Below are positions 1 through 13,359 of a DNA stretch of 64,000 nucleotides, one piece after another (the first letter of the stretch is position 1; each line of letters opens with the position of its first letter). The notes beneath the pieces were generated by a model that saw only the letters and a program-made list of their open reading frames with translations, searched no databases and was not told the origin of the DNA. Origin of the DNA: Octopus bimaculoides (taxonomy: Eukaryota). A program made the position numbers and the translations under genes. The stretch lies in contig NC_068989.1 of NCBI RefSeq assembly GCF_001194135.2, positions 48,355,607 to 48,419,606 on the forward strand, in the 5' to 3' direction.

Positions 1-429
1 TTTGCTGCTAGGTTATTTTTGTTTTCTTCCTCCAACTAAGAAAGTTAAATCAGTCAAAAACTTACTTTTTTCCCTCTGTCATTCATACTTGAATTATCCA
101 AATTCTTTATATCTACCCACATATGGGTTTTTTTTAGCTCTCCAATCACTTTTCTTAATCATACAAATTACTGTTGGGTAAAAATATCATTAATGACTTT
201 ATCAAATTTCATATAAGAACCTAAATAACCAGAACTAAATTATTTCAAAATACAATTTTTTGGGACATTTTCTTGACAAGTCTGTATTTTCAGATTTAAG
301 ATACTGTTATGAAAGCTTGCTTTAGTGCATGGTGGGGAGAGCATAACATAAAAAAGGGTGGGAGGAGACTTGATTAGTAAGAACAAAAGATAAAGAGATT
401 GTTCATTATCAACATCGTGTTATTTCAAG

Positions 430-1226
430 ATGATGGCAGTAACTGTTTCGCGGCATGCAATAGCTGATGACTGTGAACATATTATTGGTTTATTCAAGGT
501 ATGTGCTGAATACTTTAAGTGAACTTTTATTTGTTAATTAATTTTGGGGGCTAAAATATATTTAAGTATCATAAAATCTTCATGTAATCTCCTTTATTGT
601 GACAGCCAGAACTGCAGCATTTTATCATTATGAACAAAGTGAGCTCGTCATATTATATTTATTTAGTTGTCCAAATAACAAAATAACAATCAGCTCTTGC
701 ATTGCATCTTTTTTCATGCACTCCTTTGTTGAGCATTCAACTTTACAGTCCAAACCAAAATAATGCAAAAAACAAAAATATTGAAAAATACTTGACTGCC
801 CAAGTCATTTTACTTGCTTGAAGAACTTTTAATGTATATGTTGCAACTGTGACTATTCTATATGATTTTTTTTCTCTTTTGTCAACTCTCTCAATATATT
901 GAGCAAAATTTAATATAATTCCTGATAAAAATTATTTCAGAACAATACAATTTAAAACAAATGCTAACTCCTATCTAACTAATTATCATGAATTGTATTA
1001 AATTTATTGAATATTATTGTAACCCTTGTTCACTATTTTGTCAGTGTTTGTGTTTGTGTGTGTGTGTGTGTGTGTGCGTGCACGTGCGCGCACATGTGTG
1101 TGTGTGTGTACATACACACATGGAATTTTGGTTTAAGCACCCCATATAACTCCTTATAACTTTTTCTGTTGGACTTAGAAAATTTTTGCGAATTTGTGTT
1201 TTAAACACTGGAGTTGATACGATTGT

Positions 1227-1296
<70 letters not shown>

Positions 1297-4200
1297 CTTT
1301 CTGTTTATCCCCCACCAGGTGTTGGTATGTTTATGTCCCCATAACTTAGTAATTCAGCCAAAGAGATTCATAGAATAAGTATCAAGCTTAAAAAATAAAA
1401 TAAGTACTGGGGCCAATTAGTTTGACAAAAATTTCAAAGTGGTGCCCCAACTTGGTCACAGTCTAATGACTGAAACGAGTAAGAGATAAAAGACATTACA
1501 CACACATATATATAAATATTTTTTTTCTTGGAACCATGTCTGCATCAATGAATTATTGAATTTAACTTTTCTCTGAAAGATAATGAGGCGATAATGTTGG
1601 GTGTCAAAAACATTGAGTGATCAAGAATGACCAATGAATGTGTGATTGAAAGAAAGACAGGGAATTATTTGTTTATGTGAACTCAAACTGATCAATGAAT
1701 TGGATCTTTTTGGTGCAGACCTGTTCAAAAAAGCCATAATATGAAAATTGTAATCTTCATAATTAGAGGTCTTAATAATATAGATTATATGAAACTTTCA
1801 GTTAATTTTAATTATAGTGTTTAACTGGTGTTTGATTATGAGAATATATTTTGGTTCTCAATACTAGGAACAAGTAAAATCTGGAGAAAAGAAAAACCCA
1901 CCTTCTGTGGATGGTAAGTATATGTCCCTTATTGCTTAACTTTGTTCCAATCAGTCTTGAATGTGAAATAATAATTAGTGTATTTACAAACATGAAAATT
2001 TTGTTTTGTTGTTTGGTTGCTTACTAGTCACCAAAGCATGAAGGTGGTGTATTTGGACCAAACTGCTGGTATGAATTTCTGACTGTTGTGATCTGAATTT
2101 AACTCTTTAGTATTCAGATTACTCTGTCAAATGCAATACTTATTTATTTTCATTGTTTTGAATTAATCAATCATTATCTCAAGCATTGAGATTTTGATGA
2201 TGTGATTGCTTATTTTTAGAATGAGATTGTTGGGTAGGTGTGGGAGGCCAGATCAAGTCAGTTTGAACATAAAACATGTAGAATATTTAATGAAGTTGGC
2301 AGAATGGAATAAGTACATTTATTTGCAAGGGATGTGAGTTCTGAAGTTTTGAGTAAAACCCTTTCTCAGAAAGAGAAACTGAAACTGCTTAAGCTAGCAT
2401 TACTAATCCAAACCCTGGGTTTTATATTCAGTTTTGTGTAAAGTAGACATTATGTAGACATGGCTGATATTTGATTGAGGATTTTTTCCCCTTTTTATCT
2501 ACAAAAGAAAACTGAAATTACCAGTCTTTGTTGCCTTACTAACACCAACCACTTTACATCATCTACTGAGTGCTTTTTTTTTTTTTTTCATCACACTAGC
2601 ACTAGTGAGGTCACCATGTTGCTTGCAACTCTATGAATCCCAAGGAGTTGGGAATCAGTTTTATAGTAAAGGACAAGGTGTTAAAGAATGAGAGTAGGTG
2701 GGGGTGTGGGCAGAAGAGGTACTTTAGAGTAGGATGGTTACTCACAGTTGATTAAAAGTGGAAGAGAATGATCAGTTGGAGCTTTGAAGAGATAAGTAGT
2801 GGAGGCGAGGAGTCCTGGTGACCTCCACCCATCAAGGCAAGAGGTGAGTGGAAGGTTTTTATTGAGGAGCAGGAGATGGGGAGGAAGACTGCAACTGTTA
2901 ATGTTTTATAAAGAAGATATTATTTAACTTATTCGTTCATACTATAACAGTAGTTGAAGAGGAAAGAAGCCAACTAATGGTTATATTTTTATGTCTACTT
3001 TATTTTAGATCTAAAAACCTACTGTTTGAATGGAGAGAACTCGTTCAATATCCTCATTGCTGAATGGAATCATAAAGCTCCTTCAAAAGGTGAGATTTTT
3101 GTTCAGTGTTGCATTCTTCTCTCTGTCTCAGTGGCCAACTTGCACATCTCTGTGTTGACAGCAAACTCGACTGTGTCTGTGTTGGATTCTATGACTGGAT
3201 GCTCTTCTTAAAACCAACCACTTTACAGATTGTAGTGGGTGCTATTTTTTTTTTGTGGCCCCTGCACTGGTGAGGTTACCAAGTACTTGCAAGACAAGAC
3301 CCCTCAACTGATTGGTATAATGACCTTTTGAATGATAACTGACAAGAAAAGAGCACGTCCATGTCTTGTGTGTGAGTTTTCCATTTGCTCCTTTGTTGAG
3401 CTTCTGTTTACATATTCACATACACATTCTTACAATTGTCGTGATTTTCTAGCAGTTGACAGACCAAGCACAGGACCATTGGTTGGATATATGTTCTACC
3501 AATACATATTCTCCACATGGGAAGGCATGACTATACAAATAACTGACCTGTACGTGTCACCACTACCACAATATGAGTTCATCTGTAAAGATCTGTTTCA
3601 TTTCCTATCCAAGGTAATATAAATTTAGTTTATCTTTTTCTTTGTATTGTAGTTTGCTTAAAAGATTGCAGTATGTGTAAATGATATGTTTGAGAAAATT
3701 TTTTTTTCCTCATTTTGAGCAATTCAGATAAGCAAACAATAAGAAAAGGTACTGTTTTATTTAATATGCATTGTTTTAATGATCCTATAATATTGGGTCA
3801 TCCCATATATAATGAGGATTTTATACTTCTTTTATTTTTCAAAATCAAGATAAACAAAGTTCTTTTTTAATGTGAAATATACTCACCTTCATTTTCTACA
3901 TTGCTCTTCCATCCATCTGGCAGACTTGCAAGGCTTCTCTTCCAAGATTCACTTGTCCGTGATGAAAGATACTCCTCCAGTACTGTTCTGACCTCATCTA
4001 CAGAATTCATATTTTTTCTGTCCAAATAATTTTGAAGACTGCAGAATAAATGATAATCAGATAGGGCAATGTCTGGTGAATATGGGGGGTGGGGTATCGT
4101 TTCAGCCTCTGGAATGTCAACCTTGCTGTATGTGGCCAAGCACTATCCTGACAGAACACCTTTCATCTTGAAACCAAAGATTGTCAATTTTCTTCTAGCA

Positions 4201-6771
4201 CTGACTTAAGCCACTCAAGCTGCTCACAGTAGATCTCCTTTGTTATTGTTTGGTTTGGATTTAAAAGTTCAAAGTGGACTAAACCTTTCACATCCCACCA
4301 AACAGATAACAACACCTTACATGGGTGACGACCTTCTATAGCCTGAGGTGTCAGTGTTTCTCTTTTCCCTACCCACTGTCTTCTGCACTTGACATTTTTA
4401 TGGAGAACCCATTTCTGTCACTATCTGTCCCAAAAAGGTTCATTTGTGGGATGTGACAGCAAAGAGAACACATTCACTCTCTGCATGTAATTAGACTCAG
4501 AAAGTTTGTGAGGAACCCACTGACTCAATTTTCTAACTTTTCCAATGGCTCACAAGTGTCAATGAATGGTTGAATGACCAAATTCAAGCTTCTCTGCTAG
4601 TTCCTCAACAGTTACAATGGGATTTTGTTCTACCAGGGTTTGCAGGATGCTCTTGTCAAGCTCTATAGATCTTCCAGGATGAAGATCATCTTTTAGGCTG
4701 TAGTTTCCTGCTCGGAAATTCTGGAACCACCGTTGACACTGGCTTATGTTTATTGTCTGATCCCTATATACTGCATTAATATTCCTTGCACTTTCTGTTG
4801 CACTGTTGCCTTTATTGATTGCATAGAGCTGAATATGCTGAATATGCTCCTTTATCACTTCCATTGTAGCTTTGAAAAAAATTACTGTTAAAATCAAACT
4901 GCACTCTTCAAAACTTGCACTAAGAATAAGGGCAAAGTTAAAATTACTACCTGCTTTTATAGCAAGTTGATGCAGGTAGTTTATCCTGTTCCCCTCTGTC
5001 TTTTAGTTAATGCAATTGAAACAAATGCATTATTTATGGGATGACCCAATATTTCAGGAAAGATTTCTCCTTTTCAAATAGAAATGTATTGTTACTAGCA
5101 AGTGTACTTCTATAGTTTTTCATTTTATACAATACTTTAAGTGAATTTGGTTGATGGAAACTGTAGGAAGCTCATCACATATGCATGTGAATGAGTTTAA
5201 ACGCACACATGCAAACGTGCTAGAATGTTGATATTCCACAGTTTCATTTGTCACCACCAGAATGAAATGGTGTTGATGTTTATTGTTTACATTCCTTGTT
5301 GGTGTTATGACTGGTTACTCCACCCCTTTGAGTACCTGTTGAATAAAAAAAAAATCCCAGACTTGACTTTGATTCAGTCCCACTGTGCAGTAGCTTGGGC
5401 AAGTGTTTTCTGTTATAGATCCAGGCCAGTCAAAGCTTTGCAAGTAGATTTTGTTGATAGAAACTGAAAGAAGCCCATTGTGTATATGTATATAATAATT
5501 TATATATATAAAATTAATAAGGTAAAAAATGGAGAGTTGAGGACGTATAGTTAATTTATTTGTATCATAGTTTGTTGTTAAGATTTAAATACAAATAAAT
5601 TTTAAAAACACAATAGAAAACTCAATAATCTACGTATTCTGACCCCTTTGTAATGCGTAATCCAAAGCATTTGGGTTAAATCCCATGTTAAGAATTTGTT
5701 ATCATTTTAAGCTGTATGGGGCAGAATCTCTTCAGAGTTTCTTGTTTTGATAAAATGGAGGTTACATATTTATTGAAGGGACTCAATTCAACAACTAAAG
5801 AAGTTTAAAATGTTATTTCCTATATATTGAGTGAATGTACTTGTTAAGGTTATCATTCAAGAAAAATTAAAGATAAAATAAAATAAACATATATTTAAAA
5901 AAATATATGAATAATATGAATAATAAAATAAAAATAATGCTATATCTGTATGGGAAAATAATCATGTAATAAAATAAATAAATTAAAAATATACAATAAA
6001 TAATAAGTAATGAATAATAAATAAACCGTTATAATTGTATATTTTCCATTGGCTCGCTATTAGATACAAGTAAATATTCATGTATATGTGTTCGTCGAAT
6101 CATATCTAATCAAATTTAATCGTTTATATATATGTTAGTATCTACTCAAATTTGAATAATCTAGCCGTTAATAGATGTATCAGTCAAGTTAATATATATA
6201 CATAGACTTCTATACAAGCACTTGACAACTAGTGTTGGTTTGCTTACATCCCTGTAATACAGTAGTTTAGCAAAAGAGACTGATAAAATAAGTATCAGGC
6301 TTAAAAAAAAATAAGTATTGGGGTCAATTTCTTCTGCCCTTCTAGACTGTACCCCAGCATAGTTGTTTCCCATGGACAGAAACAAATAAAAGATAAGATA
6401 CTTGAAAAACCGGTGAGAGTTCTGGACAGGAAGAGCATCTGGTCATAAAATCTTACCTTAAATAAGTCCTCATGGAAAAATGGACATTAAATAAAGGAAT
6501 TAATCTCATACTTTTAATGATGTCAACATTTTTATTTAACAGCAAGATCATTATAAATCATAGCTTTTAATTGTGTGTGTTTTCTTCTTTTCCCTTCTTG
6601 CAGATGTCTGTAGATGAGAATTGTGTTCAAGTGCAATGGCGAACAAATGGTAACAATGACTTGAAAAACTTAAGCAAATATTTTAATGCCATGAATATGA
6701 CAGAGATGGCAAATTGTCTTGCAAAGAAACTCGAAAAGCATCAGCTGAAAGAAATTTGCTCTAGTTGCTAA
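430..6771 (+). CDS. SSAT/diamine N-acetyltransferase-like GNAT protein, copy 1 (5 exons, ~173 aa; probable pseudoenzyme)
   Basis: Exons 430-498, 1868-1913, 3009-3089, 3456-3613 (or 3453 via TAGCAG) and 6604-6771. All introns are GT-AG and phases 0,1,1,0 are compatible. Protein: MMAVTVSRHAIADDCEHIIGLFK-EQVKSGEKKNPPSVD-DLKTYCLNGENSFNILIAEWNHKAPSK-VDRPSTGPLVGYMFYQYIFSTWEGMTIQITDLYVSPLPQYEFICKDLFHFLSK-MSVDENCVQVQWRTNGNNDLKNLSKYFNAMNMTEMANCLAKKLEKHQLKEICSSC*. It aligns by eye to human SAT1 ([41 protein letters not shown]), and intron positions and phases match as recalled. Confidence 0.85.
3793..5049 (-). mobile_element. Full-length degraded mariner (Tc1/mariner) transposon in an intron of SSAT-like copy 1
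   Basis: TIRs ttgggtcatcccata.. / ..tatgggatgacccaa, TA target duplication at 3791-3792 and 5050-5051. Transposase relics carry the HTH region, WVPHKL and HPPYSPDIA motifs with stops and frameshifts. The empty site is seen in copy 2 at 29179-29200. Confidence 0.9.
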
Positions 6772-9569
6772 GAAATGCAACTTTGTTCTCTTTTTTTCTA
6801 AAGGAAAATTAAAGACTAATAAACGGTAACTGTTAATATTATTTGTTCAGTTTATATTTTCTTTCGTATTTTTCTGACAACAGTTATGAAATGTAGATTT
6901 TAGGTTAAAAATTCACAAGAAACAATGTTCTTGTTGTCTAGTTCTATATCAGCTCTAATCAATCTGACCTATGGAAAAGTCATTGTATCTTTTTAGAGAC
7001 TTATATTATCTAATGTGTCCTTCCTTTTTTTCTTTTGAGACTGTATGGCTTGTTTTAAGAGGGATTTAACTGTTGTTTCTAGCTAGTCAAATACCTCCAC
7101 ACAGACTCTCTTGTTAGCTCAATTCATAGTGGTCATGGTACATGTGTCTTGTACTGTAGTTTCAGGTTGAACAATAACTTTTGAGTGGAATTTGGTTGGG
7201 GAGAACTGTTGTTGCATGTTGAATATTCTGTCAAAGATGTAAATATTTGTATGAAACCCAATGGACTGATGTTCTGCAAATGAAGTCCTTTGTGATATTT
7301 GACCTTTATGAATTTAAAGATACTCCCTTGTCACTCTTGTTAGGAATGTAATGAACCAGTGACTGACCTGATGGAAACCTGTATGTAATCAATACTATTA
7401 TTCACATATTGCACTATAATATATGTAAATAGATGGATGCAAGCATGGCTTTGTAGTTAAGTTTTCAGGTCTATTCTACTGAGTAGCACTTTGGCCCCAT
7501 ATATTCTCCTATAGTACTGTGCCAAGCAATGTCTTGTCAAGTAATTTGGTGCATAGAAGTTCAGGAAGCTTGTTTGTGTAAATATTTGTATGTGTGTGAA
7601 TTAATGTTTGTATTCCATGCTTCAGCAAATTAGTGGTGATATAGACATTATGACTTGTGGCTCTGTGCTTTCAAAAACCTCTGAATCAGAGAATCTCTTA
7701 CTATAAAAAAAAAAAAATGGTGGCAAGTGATGGCCATGATTGTTTTTTGTGTGTAAGTAGAATATCAAGTATACCAAAGATGGATGATATTTGCTTTCTA
7801 ATAAACATGCAGATGTACAATAAAAATGAGTTTATATAATTAAATTTAATGGTTTCAAATTTTTGCACAGTGCCAACAGTTTTTGTGGGGAAGGGGGTTA
7901 GTTGATTACATCTACTCCAGTACTTGACTAGTACTTATTTTACTGACCCTGAAAGGATGAAAGGCAAAGTTGACATTGGTGAAATTTGAACTTTAAACAT
8001 GCCTATCAATATTTTGATAGGTTCTGCCATGATAATGGTTCTGCCAGCTTGTCACCTTTACAATTAAACTTAAAGCTTTGAAATGATTTTATGAAGCAAT
8101 GTATTTTATCTAATAATAATTAAAAACCAAATATGAAATGACATTTAAATTTTTTTTACAAATCAATAACAAAAACGTCAATGATATTTTTTAAAAAAAG
8201 CTCTTTAATTTAATTGTTCAGTAATCACAGTTGTTGCTGCCATATATATATTTCTTTTTCTCTAATTTCAAAATCTACTGTCTTAAGTCTTGTACCATAT
8301 GTTCCAATAAAAAGAATTGGAGGAAATATATCCTAATTCACTACAAAAAGTATTCCAAATAACTGGAGTCAACTTACATAACAGTACATTAGTGTGTGTG
8401 TGTTTTATAAGGCATAGTTTTTGGATATTTTCATATCAATTTTGCTAAACCAAATATCTCAGAGCTCAATTAAATTAACAGGAATACCTAAAAAAAATTC
8501 TAGCCATTTGCCTTAAATAATGTCTGTACTATACATATGTTATCAGAAGGGGTTAATTTCAGTTCTTAAACTAATACTGCACAAAAGTCAATGAAAAAGT
8601 CTTTCAACACAATTCAAAAAGGTTTTCCTTTCTCATTTTTTTTTCTTCTTTACAATGAGGTGTCTATATTTTATTTTATTTTCTTCATATACAGAGAGCA
8701 AAGGCAGGAGATAAGGGCAGAAGAAAAAATACACAAGCAAGAATCTGCAGATGGATGGATAAACATTTATATGTGTGTGTAATTATTGCATATTGCTTTA
8801 TTTTTTAATTGTAGCTATTTATAGAATAAATATTAATTGAAGAACTCTATACCTTTTAAACAGACTACTGTATTTTCTTTTCTTCAAAAAGATTGTCAGT
8901 GACTTCAAAGTTTCAATATAGTTGCCTTTGTCAATCAACAGTAGCTAAGCTGAAACTGAGATGACTTGATTTTTTCCTGAGATTAAGATATAACAGCAGA
9001 TGAAAGTTAATAAAGGAATTTCTCCTTCTTTTCTTCCTACCCAACTCTGGCAACATACATCTTCAATATGTAACAGTACAAAATCCCACACATACACACT
9101 TCTTTGTATAGAAGTGTGGGGACTTTTCTAGTAGTGATGAAGTGCCAGCTATTATCTTAATTCATGCACTGAATAAATTAAGATTATGCAGATTATAGAC
9201 AAGAGTCATGTCATGTTTTAATACTTACAATTACACTAAACAGTGGATTGGTAAAATTGTTACAGTATCAGAAAAATGCTTTCTGCTTTTGTATCAGCTC
9301 TTTACCTTCTAAATTCAAATCTGCCTTTTGTCCCTCTGGGATCAATAGAATTGGCTAACCCCATGCCTCAAAATTAATGGTTTTGTGCCTCAGCTGGAAC
9401 CAATATTTATACATCACTGCTAAATGCACATTTCATATCACTTCTCTTATACATAACTGATTGTGTATGTTTAAACTTTGTACAGAGATGACTCAAAACT
9501 AAAGTAGGGGAGAGTTATCATCAGTTTCCTTTACTGGCATGGGTTTGATGGCTTGACGGAAACTACCAT

Positions 9570-10740
9570 GCAAATGTCCTTAAAGATGGATCTGACCCTT
9601 TTTTCAGAATTTGCAGAAAATTCAGAGAAAATTGATCATGTTGTTTCTGGCTGCCCAGTCTTCACTGAAAAAGATTTAGGTGGTCTGTTTGTATCAGGGT
9701 TGTGGTGTCATCTAAATATGACTCTAGAAGGCTGTAATATCATTTGACAGGAACATAGTGTAAAGAATACATAAAACAAGGCTGTAACTTTAAATGCCTT
9801 TAATGTCAGCCACACGTATATATACAAGCTGAATGATAAATGGAAATGGTTTGATGCGTAGAGGCCATGATCTATCTTCTCCTGTGCATTGCCTCCTGTC
9901 TGCTAGTTGCCGTGTGTCATGAGAGAGTCAACTAGATTATGTCTTCACGGTCCAACATCTAGATGCCAAAAGAGAAAGTCACAAGGCCTCGTATCAGAAT
10001 CTCACAATCTAGTGCCAGTTTGTTTAAACCTGCAGTCAAGGGAGGTAACTGCGCCTACAAGGAATACCTCATAAGACATGACAGACTAGGGCAGTACATC
10101 CACTGGAATGCTTGTAAATACTACAAAATTAAATCCCATGATAAGTGGTACAGGCACCAACCAGAGGATGTAGGAAATGGCGAGGGCATCACCATCTTTT
10201 GGAACTTCCCAATACAGACAGACAGAAAAATTGACTCCAATCAACCAGACATTGTGATCAAGGACTACAACAGAGGAACTTGTCTGTTAATAGATATATC
10301 TGTCCCACAAGATCAAAATATCTCAAGAAAAGAATACGAAAAACTTTCTCACTAAAAAGATCTGCAAATAGAAATCACAAAAATGTGGAAGCTTAGTACT
10401 ATGATAATACCAGTATTAATCGGTGCGTTGGGAATGATAAAGAAGGGAGCTGAGAAGTATATTAAGCAACTCCCTAGTAACTCCAATCTCCGTGAACTAC
10501 AAAAGATAACCTTGATGGGTACAGCCCATATACTACGGAAAGCACTCTCCATCTAAAACACAATAAATGTGGTGTTAATTTTAGAATACATAGCAAAACA
10601 AAAGTGCCCTTGCTACTTTTGGCCTCCAGACGATGCCTGGACCTTTGCCAACACAATACCAATGTCCTCTCAACAATTAACTCGAGATGATTTTTAAAAT
10701 GAGAATATCTGAAATAAAATCCTTCAGTGAATATCATGAG
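9570..10740 (+). mobile_element. 3' fragment of an RLE-bearing non-LTR retrotransposon (R4/Dong-like)
   Basis: IDHVVSGCPV (CCHC remnant), YLIRHD, IFWNFPIQTDRKIDSNQPDIVIKD..CLLIDISVP (PD..D endonuclease) and IPVLIGALG. A CR1/L2-like piece interrupts it at ~9700-10040. Confidence 0.8.
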
Positions 10741-11267
10741 ACCTTTTGTTTTTCTCTTCTCTTAAATTCTGCTCTTCCTTTAGTAATCCTGTTGTTTTAG
10801 ATCAATGTATAGAATTACGTATATATGTAAGTATACTGTAAAGTGTTAAAATGTATGTATAATCTCCTAATATAATAATGAGCATTGTCTTTTTATGTTT
10901 GTGTGTATGTGTGTGTGTGTATATGCTCACACTTCAAATGCCGTTTATTGGCTTTTTCACTCCTTTTGTTATTCATCTCTCACCCTTTCCTTTCTCATTC
11001 ACACGACACTCTCTTTACCATTTATCTCCTCTACCATCACCTCTCACTCCGGCTCTATTATATAAATGTGCACATATATATATATATGTGTCGTGTGAAT
11101 GAGAAAGGAAAGGGTGAGAGATGAATAACAAAAGGAGTGAAAAAGCCAATAAACGACATTTGAAGTGTGAGCATATGTGTATGTAAAAGAGAGGTATGNN
11201 NNNNNNNNATAAACGACATTTGAAGTGTGAGCATATGTGTATGTAAAAGAGAGGTATGCTTGCATGC

Positions 11268-11313
<46 letters not shown>

Positions 11314-12149
11314 AATGGAATTGGGATGGTAATGTTCAATGCTGAAAATATGTGAGTATATATGTGTATGTGTGTACAAGAGAAACTTTACATGTACATA
11401 TAAAGTTTAAAAAATCTGAAAAATAATCCAGAATCCTTGTCCAGTACTGGATTGATCCCAAAATCTAATGAGACTGTGCCAGTCATGAGGGCAAACATCC
11501 CTGAAAGTTTCATCCGAATCCATCCAGTGGTTCTTGAGATATTTTCTCCACAGACAAACAAACAAACATGACTGAAAACAATACCTCTGCCTTAGCGAAG
11601 GTGGAGGTAATAAATGTCCTGATGCTGTGTCAAGCAGTGGCTCTCGTGGCTTCTGATCTTAACTGATTGGAAGTGCTATCATGTACATTGTTTTGTCTTG
11701 AGATAAAAGATGGGCTACAGCAAATATTCTGTTTAATACCACAGATTTGCTTGTCAGTTGTTTGACCTTAACCAGTTGAGCATGTCCCTTAGTTGCTGAT
11801 GATATGTGCGTATCTGAGGAGCATTATAGCCATGTATTGAAAGGAATTCTTTAAGGTTTGAATAATTCACCTCTGGAAACATGGGTGTTTTGTTTAACAT
11901 CCTTAAACAACTCTTATTCAGGAACCTTTTGAGTGGGATGGGCTACTCAACCTGAAGAAAATTCTAACTGGGCCCCACCTGCAAGGTCATGTGCTGTTTA
12001 TTTTGATATGAGATCACCATGTTGTGAGCATATGGCTGTGGTGCATGTTCCTGGTATACCCTTATCAGATGAGTAGTCATTATGGGTATACTGGGCTTTG
12101 TATATTTTACCCCAGTGTCACTTTGATGGCATGCTCTGCTCTCTCACTC

Positions 12150-12183
<34 letters not shown>

Positions 12184-12235
12184 TATACATACATACGCGC
12201 GCGCGCACGCACGCACACGCACGCGCGCGCGCGCG

Positions 12236-12287
<52 letters not shown>
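12150..12287. repeat. Compound microsatellite (TAA)n-(CG/CA)n; also (TG)n at 1035-1110, 1225-1293 and 11270-11310
   Basis: Directly visible. Confidence 0.95.
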
Positions 12288-12290
<3 letters not shown>

Positions 12291-12770
12291 GATGCAGTGA
12301 AAAAAATGTCTAAATTATGAAAAAATGAAAATAACACTGACACCTCATTTTAACAGATACATTTACCAAAATTACATTAAAATATCTTGAAATACTAAAG
12401 AGCAAATTTATTCAATAAAATCGCCATTGGCTTCAACCACGGCCTCCAGGCGACTTCGGAATTTCCTGCAACTCTTCTGGACAGTCTCCTTGTTTAAGTT
12501 GGTCAATGCTGCCATATTCCTTGCCTTCAGTTCATCTTTGGTGTTACATGATTCTTTTGTTAGTCTCTTACTTAACAGCACTCCAAACATAATAATCAAG
12601 GAGGATGCAGTCTGGGGAGTTAGGCAGCCAGATGTTAGGAGTGATTTGATTGTGGAAATTGTTTGACTACCATGACTGGGTTCTCCTGTTTGTGTGGCAT
12701 GGTGCAGAGTCCTGTTGCCAGACATAGGGTCTTCCAGCAGCTGCCCTCTTGATCCAGGGCAGCACTACCT
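12287..12770 (-). mobile_element. Tc1/mariner (maT-like) transposase 3' fragment
   Basis: ORF 12408-12725 ends TKDELKARNMAALTNLNKETVQKSCRKFRSRLEAVVEANGDFIE*, typical of Tc1/mariner C-termini. Confidence 0.75.
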
Positions 12771-12779
12771 CCTCCATAA

Positions 12780-13255
12780 TATACTGTTATGAAAGGTTTT
12801 TATTGTGCATGGGAGGTGGGAGCATAATATAAAAAAAAGGTGGTTGGGAGACTTGATTGTTGAAAACAAAAGATAAAGAGATAGTTCATTGTCAATATAG
12901 TTTTATTCCAACATGGTGGCACCAACTGTCTCATGGCATACAACAGCTGATGATTGTGAACACATTATTGGTTTATTCGAGGTATGTGTTGAATATTTTA
13001 TGTGAAATTTTATTTGTTAATTAATTGGTAATTTGGTGGAATTCGGCTTTATGCATGGTATATAACATTTTTATTTTTTCGAATTTTCAAAAAATTTTGT
13101 GAATTTGTGTTCAACACATGTCATTTTGCATGCTTGAAGAACTTTCAACATATATGTTCCAACCATGACAATACCATGCAGCATTTTTTTTTACTCTCTC
13201 TTATGAACAAATGAGCAATGCAAAATATATTGAGCAACATTGTTCAACATTTTAA

Positions 13256-13289
<34 letters not shown>

Positions 13290-13320
13290 NNNNNNNNNNA
13301 TATGTATATTTTTATTAATA

Positions 13321-13359
<39 letters not shown>

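Larger units (their letters stand above)
222..9560 (+). repeat. Segmental duplication unit A (paralogous to 20404-35885)
   Basis: Collinear non-coding matches: 222-1000~20404-21130, 1929-2280~24404-24760, 2290-3120~25890-27230, 6400-7660~29780-31290, 7700-9560~33860-35885. Confidence 0.85.

Noticed and set aside
10921-11260. 89-bp inverted repeat (10921-11009 / 11088-11176) plus a ~50-bp direct duplication across the 10-N gap
   Set aside because: It abuts a contig end, has no TSD, and the duplicated overlap across the gap is a typical assembly or chimeric-read artefact. It needs long-read support first.
10878-12343. ORFs rich in HT/CV/N repeats
   Set aside because: They are translations of microsatellites.
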